Sequence record: DRR723986_2443 | Reading direction: 5' to 3' (one strand) | Length of the DNA stretch: 64,000 nucleotides | Shown: positions 10,262-20,362 of the stretch, one piece after another | Layout of the letters: the number at the start of each line of letters is the position of its first letter | How positions within the stretch are numbered: the first letter of the stretch is position 1 | The notes under the pieces: generated by a model | What the model was told of the DNA's origin: nothing | Databases searched by the model: none | Seen by the model: only the letters and a program-made list of their open reading frames with translations | Translations under genes and position numbers: made by a program

Positions 10262-11254
10262 CTAATCTGTGCTGCGTTTGCCGAAAAGCCTTAGCCTGCT
10301 GACACCTCCGTCAGGGTATATGTTCAGCCGAACGTGGCTGACAGGGCCGATGGCAGTGGACGGCGAAAATGTATGTTCATTGTCTGCGGTCAACGGTTGT
10401 TTGGCCAGTAGCTCGGTCCAAGTAGCACTTTCACCGGGAATAGTTTCGTCATCTGCATTTTTGATGTTAGCCGCCTGCAGTGACACAAAAGCCGGGTAAT
10501 TTCCTTTGAAATAGGCTGTGTCGACCATAATTTCTTCAATGATGCCTACATGCCCCAGCTCAACAACGGCCCAGTCATTGCCGGGCTCACGACGCCGCCG
10601 TGTTTCCCAACCGTCTCCCATGTTAATACCTTTGCCGGGTGCCATAATGTTTGCCAGTATGCCGAAATGCTCATTGTTGGCGAAAATGGGTCGCCCACCA
10701 TTTTCCAACGCCAATAAATCAAGAGTTTCTGACGCATCTACACCATACCAGTCTTTGAAAACACGACCGTAAACCCGCAAACGGGCAACGCCGCCATCGG
10801 GATATATATGAAGACGCAAATGCGTCCAGGGTGTTGGGCTGTCAACGGGAACCAAATGCTGGCTATCTCCCGCTAGGTCCATGCGCGGTACAATTTCGGT
10901 CCAATTCGTGTTTTTATCGGGCATTTCATCATCTGAAACACAGGCTTCCAATGACGCTGCGGGTGGGTAGTTGCCAGTGAAATGTCTTGTGTCGATGTCC
11001 ACACCGTGGATAACGCCAGCTTGGCCTAATTTGACGATGCAGTAATCGTGACCGGGCGTGCGCTTTCGGCGAGACTCCCAGCCGTCCATCCACTTACCGT
11101 TGTCATCGTATTTACCTGGAATAAAAACAGGCTCTTCAGGGTCAATCAGGCGCTCTTTGGCGGCGAAAAAATCATCAGTTGAATAGACAACGGAAGCGCC
11201 GAGCCGGGGGGATGCCATGTTAACATAGCGGTTGGTAAAGTCTTTAGATGTCAT
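10262..11254 (-). CDS. alc: Allantoicase
   Basis: Duplicated domain with DGWESRRKR / DGWETRRRR and PDGGVARLR / PDGGVSRLR; ATG at 11254. Confidence 0.95.
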   Translation of the reverse strand: MTSKDFTNRYVNMASPRLGASVVYSTDDFFAAKERLIDPEEPVFIPGKYDDNGKWMDGWESRRKRTPGHDYCIVKLGQAGVIHGVDIDTRHFTGNYPPAASLEACVSDDEMPDKNTNWTEIVPRMDLAGDSQHLVPVDSPTPWTHLRLHIYPDGGVARLRVYGRVFKDWYGVDASETLDLLALENGGRPIFANNEHFGILANIMAPGKGINMGDGWETRRRREPGNDWAVVELGHVGIIEEIMVDTAYFKGNYPAFVSLQAANIKNADDETIPGESATWTELLAKQPLTADNEHTFSPSTAIGPVSHVRLNIYPDGGVSRLRLFGKRSTD

Positions 11255-11271
11255 GGAAGTTTCCAATAAAA

Positions 11272-11787
11272 TTATACAAGCTCGGCTAGTCGAAAACCGG
11301 CGATGCGATGAATTTGGTCAAGTGCAGTGTTAAATTCCTGCTCCCGGTCATGGTTAATGCGCGCGCGGAACGCTGCAAGAATGCTGTGTCTGTCATGGCC
11401 CTTTACCGCGATGATAAATGGAAAGCCAAATTTGCTTTTGTAAGCGGCGTTTAAGGTTTGAAACTCTTCAAATTCTTCTGTAGTGCATGCATCAAGGCCT
11501 GCGCCTTTTTGCTCGGTTTTCGAGTCAGCGGTTAATTCGCCGCGGATGGCGGCTTTGCCGGCCAGGTCCGGGTGCGCGCATATCAAGGCCATTTTCCGGG
11601 CTTCATCAGCGCTATCAACAGTTTTGCGCATAGCGGCTTTCAAACCTTCAAGCGTGTCAACCTCGCTGCCGGTGTGCAGGTCCCAAACAGTTTCGGCAAC
11701 CCACGGTGAATGTTCGTAAACACCACCGTAAACAGAAACAAATGTTGCCCGGTCATATGCACTGGCAGTAATTTTCAAGAGGGTCAT
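11272..11787 (-). CDS. uraD: OHCU decarboxylase
   Basis: YEHSPWVAE, AHPDLAG, EQKGAGL, KFGFPFIIAV. Confidence 0.95.
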   Translation of the reverse strand: MTLLKITASAYDRATFVSVYGGVYEHSPWVAETVWDLHTGSEVDTLEGLKAAMRKTVDSADEARKMALICAHPDLAGKAAIRGELTADSKTEQKGAGLDACTTEEFEEFQTLNAAYKSKFGFPFIIAVKGHDRHSILAAFRARINHDREQEFNTALDQIHRIAGFRLAELV

Positions 11788-12710
11788 GATTTTGCCTTTT
11801 GATAGGGGTGCTCATCACGCCAATGGCGGGCAATGTCTGCCCTTCGTGCAAACCACACTTGTTTATGGCCGCGGGCATAGTCCAAAAATCGACGCAGTGA
11901 CTGTATGCGCCCAGGGCGGCCTATTAACCGGCAATGCAGGCCTACCGACATCATTTTGGGTACATCCGCACCTTCCGCATAAAGCGTATCGAATGTGTCT
12001 TTCAGGTAGCAAAAGAATTGGTCGCCTGAGTTAAACCCTTGCGGGCTGGCAAAACGCATATCGTTGACATCAAGCGTGTAGGGTACAATCAACTGGGGCT
12101 CGTTGTTGATGATTTTCCAAAAGGGCAAGTCGTCAGAATAATCATCGGCGTCATACAAAAAACCGCCATGTTCTGCAACCAAACGGCTGGTGTTTGGCCC
12201 GGTGCGGCCTGTATACCACCCCAATGGTCGTTCGCCGGTTAACGCGGTTAGAATTTCTACTGCTTTTTTAATATGGTCGCGTTCGATATCTTCAGGGACA
12301 TATTGGTAATTAATCCACTTGTAACCATGACTACAGATTTCATGACGGGCTGCAATAAAGGCTTTGGCAAGGTCTGGGTGTCGGGCCAAGGCCGTTGCCA
12401 CAGCAAATACCGTTATGGGAATGTCGAATTCTTTGAAAAGCCTGAGCAATCGCCAAACACCAGAACGACTGCCATATTCATAAATAGACTCCATGCTCAT
12501 GTGGCGCGCGCCTGTGATAGTAGGAGCATTAATGATTTCTGACAGAAATGTTTCCGCGCCTTCATCACCGTGCAACACACAGTTTTCGCCGCCTTCTTCA
12601 TAGTTCAACACAAATTGGACAGCAATGCGCGCACCACCGGGCCAGTTTGCCTGCGGTGGTTGCGGGCCGTATCCTGCCAAATCACGAGGATAGTCTGTTT
12701 GCTCAGTCAT
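11784..12710 (-). CDS. puuE: Allantoinase PuuE (polysaccharide-deacetylase fold)
   Basis: YPRDLAGYG, VLNYEEGGE, ESIYEYGSR, GLHCRLIGRPGR. Confidence 0.95.
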   Translation of the reverse strand: MTEQTDYPRDLAGYGPQPPQANWPGGARIAVQFVLNYEEGGENCVLHGDEGAETFLSEIINAPTITGARHMSMESIYEYGSRSGVWRLLRLFKEFDIPITVFAVATALARHPDLAKAFIAARHEICSHGYKWINYQYVPEDIERDHIKKAVEILTALTGERPLGWYTGRTGPNTSRLVAEHGGFLYDADDYSDDLPFWKIINNEPQLIVPYTLDVNDMRFASPQGFNSGDQFFCYLKDTFDTLYAEGADVPKMMSVGLHCRLIGRPGRIQSLRRFLDYARGHKQVWFARRADIARHWRDEHPYQKAKS

Positions 12711-13399
12711 GCAGTTTTGGCCTCTGTAAAAATTGAATGCAGATCATTGCGGGGCTGTTTTGGGGCAAAGTCCAATTGCGCCTCAATGGTGGTTAAGTGC
12801 GTTGTAAGCAGGCTGTGCGCTTCTGATTGATTACGGCGTTCCAACGCATTTACCAGTTTTAAGTGGTCATCACCGCTGCAATTGGGTGTGGCACTGCGCG
12901 TGCCGTATAGCGCAACAATAAGCGACGTTTGGAAGATAAGCTGTTCCAGAAAAATATACATCAATTGATTACCAGCAAGCTCGGCAAGCAATAAGTGAAA
13001 GGCACCAGTTAGTCTTATCCAGCGAGCAATGTCACCGCTTTCCAAGGCAGTTTTCTCATCCTGTAAATGTACGCGTAGGCGCTTTACGTCTGCAGGTGTT
13101 ATGGCGTCTATTGTTTTTGCTAACAATGCCGTTTCCACCATCAGACGGCTTTCAAAAACCTGCCGTGCTTCTTTAGGGCTGGGGGACGCCACCATAGCGC
13201 CGCGGTTCTTTTGTAGCTCGATGATATTATCGCGTTTAAGCAATAGGAAGGCACGGCGCACGGTGGTTCGCCCTACACCAAATACGGCACAGAGCGATTC
13301 TTCCGTCAGTTTAGTGCCGGGAGACAGCCGCTGCTCAAGCACGCTGTCGCGCACACGCGCGCAAACGTCTTCTTCTGTCACAGGGCTGTTGGTGCTCAT
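12707..13399 (-). CDS. GntR-family (FCD domain) regulator, likely of purine catabolism
   Basis: LSPGTKLTEESLCAVFGVGRTTVRRA wHTH; FHLLLAELAGN FCD segment; overlaps the puuE start. Confidence 0.9.
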   Translation of the reverse strand: MSTNSPVTEEDVCARVRDSVLEQRLSPGTKLTEESLCAVFGVGRTTVRRAFLLLKRDNIIELQKNRGAMVASPSPKEARQVFESRLMVETALLAKTIDAITPADVKRLRVHLQDEKTALESGDIARWIRLTGAFHLLLAELAGNQLMYIFLEQLIFQTSLIVALYGTRSATPNCSGDDHLKLVNALERRNQSEAHSLLTTHLTTIEAQLDFAPKQPRNDLHSIFTEAKTA

Positions 13400-13490
13400 T
13401 AAATTAGTGTCCAGTTACCAATCGGCTTATCAGTATTTTTCTGCAAATATTGGCCGCTTGTTTGGCTGCTTATTGGCGTAAACTCGATAA

Positions 13491-13545
13491 ATTGTCGTCT
13501 ATTCATACAAATTGTCAACAATTTATAGCTAATAATGTCGACGAT
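13491..13545. promoter_or_regulatory. Three candidate GntR operators (consensus ATTGTCGACAAT) in the divergent promoter
   Basis: ATTGTCGTCTAT (13491), near-palindrome AAATTGTCAACAATTT (13509-13524), AATGTCGACGAT (13534). Confidence 0.6.
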
Positions 13546-13617
13546 CTTCTTTACAATTCTCGTTTACTGCTTCAGACTCTATAGTAGGAGACTGCAACCA
13601 ATTTAATGAGGCGATCT

Positions 13618-13971
13618 ATGGGACGTTTAACCACCCATGTGCTGGACACAGCCAATGGCTGTCCGGGCGAAGCAATTCAAATAAAGCTATTTCGCGTTTC
13701 GGGCGATGTGGTTGAGTTGATTAAAGAAGCCGTTACCAATGCAGACGGTCGCGTGCATACGCCGCTTTTAGAGGGCGCGGCCTTTATAGTTGGTGACTAT
13801 GTGCTGGAGTTTTCTGCGGGTGATTATTTCCGCGCGCGCAGTACGACACTGCCTGACCCGGCTTTTCTGGATATTGTGCCCATAAGGTTCGGTATTGCCG
13901 ATGCAGCAGCGCATTATCATGTGCCATTGTTGATATCGCCGTATGGCTACAGTACATATCGGGGCAGCTAG
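13618..13971 (+). CDS. uraH: 5-hydroxyisourate hydrolase
   Basis: MGRLTTHVLDT, TNADGR, HYHVPLL, C-terminal YRGS. Confidence 0.96.
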   Translation: MGRLTTHVLDTANGCPGEAIQIKLFRVSGDVVELIKEAVTNADGRVHTPLLEGAAFIVGDYVLEFSAGDYFRARSTTLPDPAFLDIVPIRFGIADAAAHYHVPLLISPYGYSTYRGS

Positions 13972-13972
13972 T

Positions 13973-15454
13973 ATGAATGCTGAGGCTACAGTTCGCTTTC
14001 TGCTTGATGGTCAACTGCGTGAAGTTGAAAACCCTGACCCAACTGAGACAGTTTTGAATTACCTGCGCTATACTATGGCGCGTACTGGCACCAAAGAAGG
14101 CTGTGCAGAGGGTGACTGCGGTGCTTGTACAGTTGTGGTTGGGGAGCTGCAGGGTGACAGTATGCAATACCGTGCCGTCAATGCGTGCATTTTGTTTTTG
14201 CCGGTGATTGACGGCAAAGAATTGATCATAGTTGAAAGCTTGCGCGCGCCTGATGGTGCTTTAAACCCTGTGCAGCAGGCGATGGTTGATACCCATGGGT
14301 CGCAGTGTGGCTTTTGCACGCCCGGCATCGTTATGTCTTTATTTGCCCTGAACAAACAGCCGGGAGCAGCTGACCGGAATGCCATTGAAGACGCCCTTGC
14401 AGGCAACCTTTGCCGCTGTACCGGGTACGGGCCTATTATTGATGCGGCAGAAAAAGCGCAAAAAACCATTGAAGATGAAAATACTGACAGCATCAGTGTT
14501 GCAGCCTTGAAAAAAATAGCCAGAAAAGAAACCTTAGCGCTGACCTCTAAGAGCAGATTAACAGGCACGGTAAAGAAATATTTTGCGCCGGTAACGCTGG
14601 ATGGCCTGGCGGAAGTGGTGATGAAACACCCGGAGGCCACCATTCTGGCCGGCGGCACAGATGTCGGGCTTTGGGTCACTAAGCAACACCGTGAATTGGA
14701 AACAGTAGTTTATGTTGGCGGTGTGCCAGAACTGCAAAAAGTTGAAGACCAGCCAAACAGTTTAATCATTGGTGCTGGCGTTTCCTACACAGATGCCATG
14801 GATTTACTGGGCGCGCTCTACCCCGACATGGGCGAACTTATTCGTCGCATTGGTTCGGTTCAGATCAGAAACAGTGGCACTATCGGCGGCAACATCGCTA
14901 ACGGCTCTCCTATTGGTGATAGTCCGCCCGCGCTTATCGCAGTGGGGGCAACATTGGTGCTGCGCAAGGGCGACAATGAACGAACCATCGCGCTTGAGGA
15001 TTATTTCATTGATTACGGCAAGCAGGATTTAAAGCCCGGCGAATTTGTTGCCCGCATTATCGTACCCAAGCCAAAAGCCAACCAATATTTTAGGGCCTAT
15101 AAGCTTTCTAAGCGCTTTGATCAGGATATATCGGCCCTGTGCGGATGCTTTGGTCTCAACCTTGAAGACGGCTTTGTTAAGGATGCGCGCATTTGTTACG
15201 GCGGCATGGCGGCAACGCCTAAGCGGGCAAGCAACGCCGAAGCAGCGATGATTGGTAAGCCGTGGACCGAAGAAACCGTCCGGGCAGGCATGCAAGCGAT
15301 GGAGCAGGACTATTCGCCGCTATCTGATATGCGTGCATCCGCAGATTACCGGTTGGCGTCAGCCAGGAATTTGCTGATGAAAGCTTTCATTGAGACCACA
15401 GGAGATGCGCAAATAAGGGTGCTAGCGCGCGGGGAGGTTGCCAATGCCGGGTAA
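13973..15454 (+). CDS. xdhA: Xanthine dehydrogenase small (2Fe-2S/FAD) subunit
   Basis: GCAEGDCGAC, QCGFCTPG, NLCRCTGY, YKLSKRFDQDIS. Confidence 0.96.
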   Translation: MNAEATVRFLLDGQLREVENPDPTETVLNYLRYTMARTGTKEGCAEGDCGACTVVVGELQGDSMQYRAVNACILFLPVIDGKELIIVESLRAPDGALNPVQQAMVDTHGSQCGFCTPGIVMSLFALNKQPGAADRNAIEDALAGNLCRCTGYGPIIDAAEKAQKTIEDENTDSISVAALKKIARKETLALTSKSRLTGTVKKYFAPVTLDGLAEVVMKHPEATILAGGTDVGLWVTKQHRELETVVYVGGVPELQKVEDQPNSLIIGAGVSYTDAMDLLGALYPDMGELIRRIGSVQIRNSGTIGGNIANGSPIGDSPPALIAVGATLVLRKGDNERTIALEDYFIDYGKQDLKPGEFVARIIVPKPKANQYFRAYKLSKRFDQDISALCGCFGLNLEDGFVKDARICYGGMAATPKRASNAEAAMIGKPWTEETVRAGMQAMEQDYSPLSDMRASADYRLASARNLLMKAFIETTGDAQIRVLARGEVANAG

Positions 15455-17765
15455 GCTTTCGGATATCAAAGGCGCAGTACATAAAGACCTTCGTCATGAT
15501 AGCGCTCACAAACATGTTTCGGGCGATGCGATCTATATTGATGATTTGCCTGAACCCAAAGACATGCTGCATCTTTATGTGGCCATGAGCGACAAGGCGC
15601 ATGCGGAAATTGTTGAAATGGACCTAAGCGAAGTTCAATCAGCAAAACATGTTGCTTGCGTGCTGTCCGCGGCTGATATTCCGGGCCACAATGATGTCAG
15701 CCCCTTTGCTGGCGATGATCCGCTGCTGGCGGATGGCTTGGTTGAATATATTGGCCAGCCGATTTTTGCCGTTGCGGCTAAATCAATTGAAGCCGCCCGC
15801 AGCGCAGCACTATTGGCAAAAATTAGCTACAGTGAACGAACCGCCTTGATTAACATTGATCAGGCAATGGAAGCTGGCAGCGTCATCGAGCCCATGCAAA
15901 CTATGGGGCAAGGTGACCCTGACACTGGCCTTGCAGATGCACCGCATCGCCTGCAGGGCAGTTTCCGCATTGGTGGGCAAGATCATTTTTATCTAGAAGG
16001 GCAAATCGCTTTTGCCACGCCGCAGGAAGACGGTGATGTGCATGTTTATTCCTCAACCCAGCACCCGAGCGAGGTGCAGCATTTGGTTGCCCATGTACTG
16101 GGTCGGCCTACTAATGCTGTAACCGTTGAAGTGCGCCGTATGGGTGGCGGTTTTGGCGGCAAGGAAACGCACCCGGCAATTTTTGCGGCGTTGGCCTCAT
16201 TAGCGGCAGTGAAAACCGGCAAGCCTGTGAAGTTACGGCTAGACCGCGACGATGACATGGTGATGACCGGCAAACGCCATGATTTCCGGTATGACTATGA
16301 TGTTGGTTTTGACGGAGACGGCAAAATCCTGGGTATCGAGATTGAGATGGCGTCGCGCTGCGGCCGCTCTACCGACTTGTCGCCAGCAATTAATGACCGG
16401 GCTATGTTCCACGCTGACAATTGTTATTTCCTGGGTGATAGCCGGATAAAGTCACACCGCTGCAAAACCCATACGGTTTCTAACACCGCCTTTCGCGGAT
16501 TTGGGGGGCCACAGGGCATGCTGGGCATAGAATATGTCCTTGATGATATAGCGCGGTCGCTTGGCAAAGACCCCTTCGACATTCGCATGAAAAACCTATA
16601 CGGCGAAGCAGGGCGCAACATCACACCCTACGGCATGACGGTGGAAGACAATGTGGCAGGCGAGTTGATGGCTACATTGGCCAATGACGCTGATTATGCC
16701 GCCCGCCGCGAGGCGGTTGAGGCCTTCAATGCAGCCAATAAATATCTTAAAAAAGGCATTGCCTTAACGCCGGTAAAGTTTGGTATCAGTTTTACCACAA
16801 CGCACCTCAATCAGGCGGGGGCTTTGGTTCATGTGTATGCTGATGGTAGCGTTCACCTTAACCATGGCGGCACCGAAATGGGGCAGGGCTTGTTTGTGAA
16901 AGTGGCACAAGTTGTTGCCGAAGAATTTCAAATTGATGTTGATCATATTAAAATAACCGCCACCACCACAGCAAAGGTGCCTAACACATCTGCAACTGCA
17001 GCCTCGTCGGGTTCTGACCTGAACGGTATGGCCGCCCTGGATGCTGCCCGAAAAATCAAGGAACGGCTTATCGGCTTTGCAGCAGAACACTATGATTGCC
17101 CCAAAGACAGGATAAGTTTCCGCAATAACAATGTTTATATTGAAAATAAGGAAGTGGCCTTTGCCGATTTGGTGAACCAGGCCTATTTAAACCGGGTTTC
17201 CCTGTCCGCTACCGGCTTTTATAAAACGCCGAAAATTCATTATGACCGGGCCAGGCATAAAGGCCGCCCCTTCTTTTATTTTTGCTATGGTGCCGCCGTT
17301 TCGGAGGTGATTATCGACACATTGACGGGTGAAAACAGGGTGTTGCGCACTGATATTCTGCATGATGCGGGTCGCTCGCTTAACCCGGCTATTGACAAAG
17401 GCCAAATTGAAGGCGGTTTCATACAAGGTATGGGCTGGTTAACCACAGAAGAACTGGTTTTTGACGACAGTGGCCGGCTTCGAACACACGCACCAAGCAC
17501 TTATAAAATTCCAACCGCCAGCGACCGCCCTGATGTTATGAACATCAGCCTCTATGAGCGTGGTCGGAATGTGGAAGCCACCATTCACCGCTCTAAAGCG
17601 GTGGGTGAGCCCCCATTAATGTTAGCGAACTCTGTATTTTTGGCATTGAAAGACGCTGTTGCCAGTGTTGGGGATGGTACAATGGCCCCTGTGTTAAACG
17701 CCCCAGCCACACCCGAAGAAATTTTGAAGGCAGTTACCGCGCTGCAGAAAAAAACAGCAGGCTAA
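15444..17765 (+). CDS. xdhB: Xanthine dehydrogenase molybdopterin subunit
   Basis: HDSAHKHVSG, RRMGGGFGGKE, AFRGFGGPQG, SKAVGEPP. Confidence 0.96.
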   Translation: MPGKLSDIKGAVHKDLRHDSAHKHVSGDAIYIDDLPEPKDMLHLYVAMSDKAHAEIVEMDLSEVQSAKHVACVLSAADIPGHNDVSPFAGDDPLLADGLVEYIGQPIFAVAAKSIEAARSAALLAKISYSERTALINIDQAMEAGSVIEPMQTMGQGDPDTGLADAPHRLQGSFRIGGQDHFYLEGQIAFATPQEDGDVHVYSSTQHPSEVQHLVAHVLGRPTNAVTVEVRRMGGGFGGKETHPAIFAALASLAAVKTGKPVKLRLDRDDDMVMTGKRHDFRYDYDVGFDGDGKILGIEIEMASRCGRSTDLSPAINDRAMFHADNCYFLGDSRIKSHRCKTHTVSNTAFRGFGGPQGMLGIEYVLDDIARSLGKDPFDIRMKNLYGEAGRNITPYGMTVEDNVAGELMATLANDADYAARREAVEAFNAANKYLKKGIALTPVKFGISFTTTHLNQAGALVHVYADGSVHLNHGGTEMGQGLFVKVAQVVAEEFQIDVDHIKITATTTAKVPNTSATAASSGSDLNGMAALDAARKIKERLIGFAAEHYDCPKDRISFRNNNVYIENKEVAFADLVNQAYLNRVSLSATGFYKTPKIHYDRARHKGRPFFYFCYGAAVSEVIIDTLTGENRVLRTDILHDAGRSLNPAIDKGQIEGGFIQGMGWLTTEELVFDDSGRLRTHAPSTYKIPTASDRPDVMNISLYERGRNVEATIHRSKAVGEPPLMLANSVFLALKDAVASVGDGTMAPVLNAPATPEEILKAVTALQKKTAG

Positions 17766-17769
17766 AACT

Positions 17770-18558
17770 GTGGTGTCTTCTCCTTTAAATTCACCAGATG
17801 AAGCGGTGTTGATAGTTGTTAGCGAGGCGAAAGGCTCAGCCCCGCGCGAAGCAGGCACAAAGATGATGGTATCCGCTGATGAACAATATGGCACCATTGG
17901 CGGTGGCCGGCTTGAGTTTGAGGCGGTTCTGCAAGCCCGTAAATTACTAAAAAATCCGGCGCAGAAAACCCTGATGCAAAAATATGCCTTGGGGCCTTTG
18001 TTAGAGCAATGTTGCGGCGGCAGTGTGGTGCTTGAACTGACGAAAATGAGTGTAAGTGCTGCCTGCGATGCGTTAACGGTGCCTCAGGCCGGGACAAATG
18101 TTTATATGTTTGGTGCCGGTCATGTAGGCAGGGCAACAGCACAGGCGCTTGCGCCGCTCGTTTTCAATATTACTTGGGTAGACAGCAGGGCCGATGAATT
18201 CCCTGACCATATACCAGCGAGTGTCGCGAAAATAGTTAGTGATGACCCTGTTTCAATTGCTCAAAATGCCAGGAAGGGCTCAATGTTTCTGGTGTTTACC
18301 CATAGCCACCAACTTGATTACGAGATTATATCTGCTGTGCTTGCGCGCGGCGATGCTGCCTATTGCGGCTTGATAGGCTCTACCACAAAACGCACACGCT
18401 TTGAAAAACGGCTGGTAAAGGACGCTGGCATTGACCAAGCAAGGCTCGGAACGCTCACATGCCCGATTGGGGTGCCAGGGGTTAAGGGCAAAGAACCAGA
18501 GGTCATCGCAGCATCAGTTGCGGCACAGCTGCTGGTCGTGCAGTCAGAAATGGTTTAA
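17770..18558 (+). CDS. xdhC: Xanthine dehydrogenase accessory protein
   Basis: KGSAPREAG, GTIGGGRLE, LEQCCGG, FGAGHVG, THSHQLD. Confidence 0.93.
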   Translation: MVSSPLNSPDEAVLIVVSEAKGSAPREAGTKMMVSADEQYGTIGGGRLEFEAVLQARKLLKNPAQKTLMQKYALGPLLEQCCGGSVVLELTKMSVSAACDALTVPQAGTNVYMFGAGHVGRATAQALAPLVFNITWVDSRADEFPDHIPASVAKIVSDDPVSIAQNARKGSMFLVFTHSHQLDYEIISAVLARGDAAYCGLIGSTTKRTRFEKRLVKDAGIDQARLGTLTCPIGVPGVKGKEPEVIAASVAAQLLVVQSEMV

Positions 18559-18600
18559 TGAATATCGCGAGCGCGCTTGCGCCGTTGGTAAGGATAAAAA

Positions 18601-19791
18601 ATGGAACTTGATATCACCCCCTGGATCAACCTTGCGATCCGCTGGCTGCATCTGATTACGGGCATCGCATGGATTGGTTCGTCTTTTTATTTTGTCTGGC
18701 TCGATAATCATTTGGAAGAGCCGAAAGAGAAAAAGAAAGGCATGTCCGGCGAGTTATGGTCGGTGCACGGCGGCGGGTTTTACCATAAGCAGAAATACGC
18801 TGTTGCGCCTGAGCATATGCCAGAAAACCTGCATTGGTTTAAGTGGGAGGCCTATTTCACCTGGATGAGCGGCTTTGCGCTGCTGGCGGTTATCTATTAT
18901 CTGGGGGCAGATTTATTCCTGATTGACCGTGCCAAAATGGACCTGAGCCAGCTTGAGGCCATTGGCATCAGCCTTGCGTTTTTAGTCGGAGGCTGGGTTT
19001 TCTACGACGCGCTGTGCCGGTCGCCCATTGGTGCTAACAACAAGCTAGCAGGCATTATATGGTTTGCCTCCTTGGTGGTGGCGGCATATGGCCTAACCCA
19101 TATATTCAGTGACCGGGCTGCTTTCATCCACATTGGCGCTATTGCAGGGACGGCCATGGCCGCCAATGTGTTTATGGTGATTATTCCCAACCAGAAGAAA
19201 ATTGTGGCTTCGCTGACTGCGGGTGAAGACCCAGACCCAAAACTGGGCCAAATTGGTAAGCAGCGGTCCTTGCATAACAATTACATGACGCTGCCTGTGC
19301 TATTTCTCATGGTGTCTAACCATTACCCGATGACCTTCTCAAACCCGTATAACTGGGTGGTCATTGCGGGCCTTGGGCTTGTGGGTGTTATGGTGCGGCA
19401 TTTCTTTAACCTGCGCCACAAAGGTAAAACCAGTCCGGTGCTTGTTGCGGCATCCATCGTGCTTTTCATCGCCGTTATGGTATTTGCTACAGAAGCCGAA
19501 AAACAAACCCGGGTCGATGTAGGAGACCAAACCGTTAGTATGGGACAAGTGCAAGTGATTGTGGGCAAGCACTGCGTTATGTGCCACACAGCTTCACCGA
19601 CCCACGAGTTTTTTGATGAAGCCCCTGGCGGTGTGTTGTTGGACCGACCCGAGTTGATCCAGCAATATGCTCCGGCGATTATGGAACAGGTTGTGAAGTC
19701 CGACATTATGCCCTTGGGCAATGAAACTGGCATGACGGCTGAAGAGCGGGCACTTATAGGTAAATGGATTGAGGACGGCGCCAAGCAATGA
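18601..19791 (+). CDS. puuD: Membrane urate hydroxylase PuuD with C-terminal cytochrome c
   Basis: [41 protein letters not shown]; CxxCH (CVMCH). Confidence 0.93.
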   Translation: MELDITPWINLAIRWLHLITGIAWIGSSFYFVWLDNHLEEPKEKKKGMSGELWSVHGGGFYHKQKYAVAPEHMPENLHWFKWEAYFTWMSGFALLAVIYYLGADLFLIDRAKMDLSQLEAIGISLAFLVGGWVFYDALCRSPIGANNKLAGIIWFASLVVAAYGLTHIFSDRAAFIHIGAIAGTAMAANVFMVIIPNQKKIVASLTAGEDPDPKLGQIGKQRSLHNNYMTLPVLFLMVSNHYPMTFSNPYNWVVIAGLGLVGVMVRHFFNLRHKGKTSPVLVAASIVLFIAVMVFATEAEKQTRVDVGDQTVSMGQVQVIVGKHCVMCHTASPTHEFFDEAPGGVLLDRPELIQQYAPAIMEQVVKSDIMPLGNETGMTAEERALIGKWIEDGAKQ

Positions 19792-20303
19792 GTGTGCGCA
19801 GCATAACACCAGAACCGCTGACCGCTGAAGCCTTCAAACCATACGGCGATGTGATTGAAGCATCAGCGGGTGCCACACAGCTGGCGATAAATTACGGCAA
19901 CACAACCCGGTTTCATGACTTGGCAGCCATTGATGTGGCAGCAGAAGGCGGCAGGCCGGGTGTTAGCATTTTCCGGTCCACCCCGCTCGCGCTGCCGATC
20001 ACGATTAAATTGATGGAATATCATCCCTTATCCAGTCAGGCGTTCGTGCCTTTGTCGCGAAACCCGTATTTGGTGGTGGTGGCACCGGCTGGTGATTTTG
20101 ATGCTTCAGTTATCCGTGTATTTATCGCGCGCGGCGGTCAGGGTGTGAATTACCATGCAGGTACATGGCACCATTTCAGCCTCGCACTTGACGGCGTGAG
20201 TGATTTTCTGGTCATCGACCGCATTGCTGATGAAACGCCAACAGCCAACTGCGTTGAGCATATTTTAGAAGAAGACGAACAGGTCACGATTACCCTTGCC
20301 TAA
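19788..20303 (+). CDS. allA: Ureidoglycolate lyase
   Basis: [38 protein letters not shown]. Confidence 0.92.
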   Translation: MSVRSITPEPLTAEAFKPYGDVIEASAGATQLAINYGNTTRFHDLAAIDVAAEGGRPGVSIFRSTPLALPITIKLMEYHPLSSQAFVPLSRNPYLVVVAPAGDFDASVIRVFIARGGQGVNYHAGTWHHFSLALDGVSDFLVIDRIADETPTANCVEHILEEDEQVTITLA

Positions 20304-20315
20304 TTGCTTTGTCGT

Positions 20316-20342
20316 TACCCTAAGGTTTTAAACCTTAGGGTA
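20316..20342. terminator. Perfect inverted repeat between convergent genes (probable bidirectional terminator)
   Basis: TACCCTAAGGTTT-T-AAACCTTAGGGTA, 13-bp arms; U-tracts are weak. Confidence 0.55.
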
Positions 20343-20362
20343 TGTTGCCTATTTCATTTTTC

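Noticed and set aside
14068-14679. 203-aa antisense ORF in xdhA (similar cases: 26001-26621, 37950-38507, 47030-47623, 56343-56897)
   Set aside because: Lie almost wholly opposite conserved genes, with atypical composition and no domain motifs
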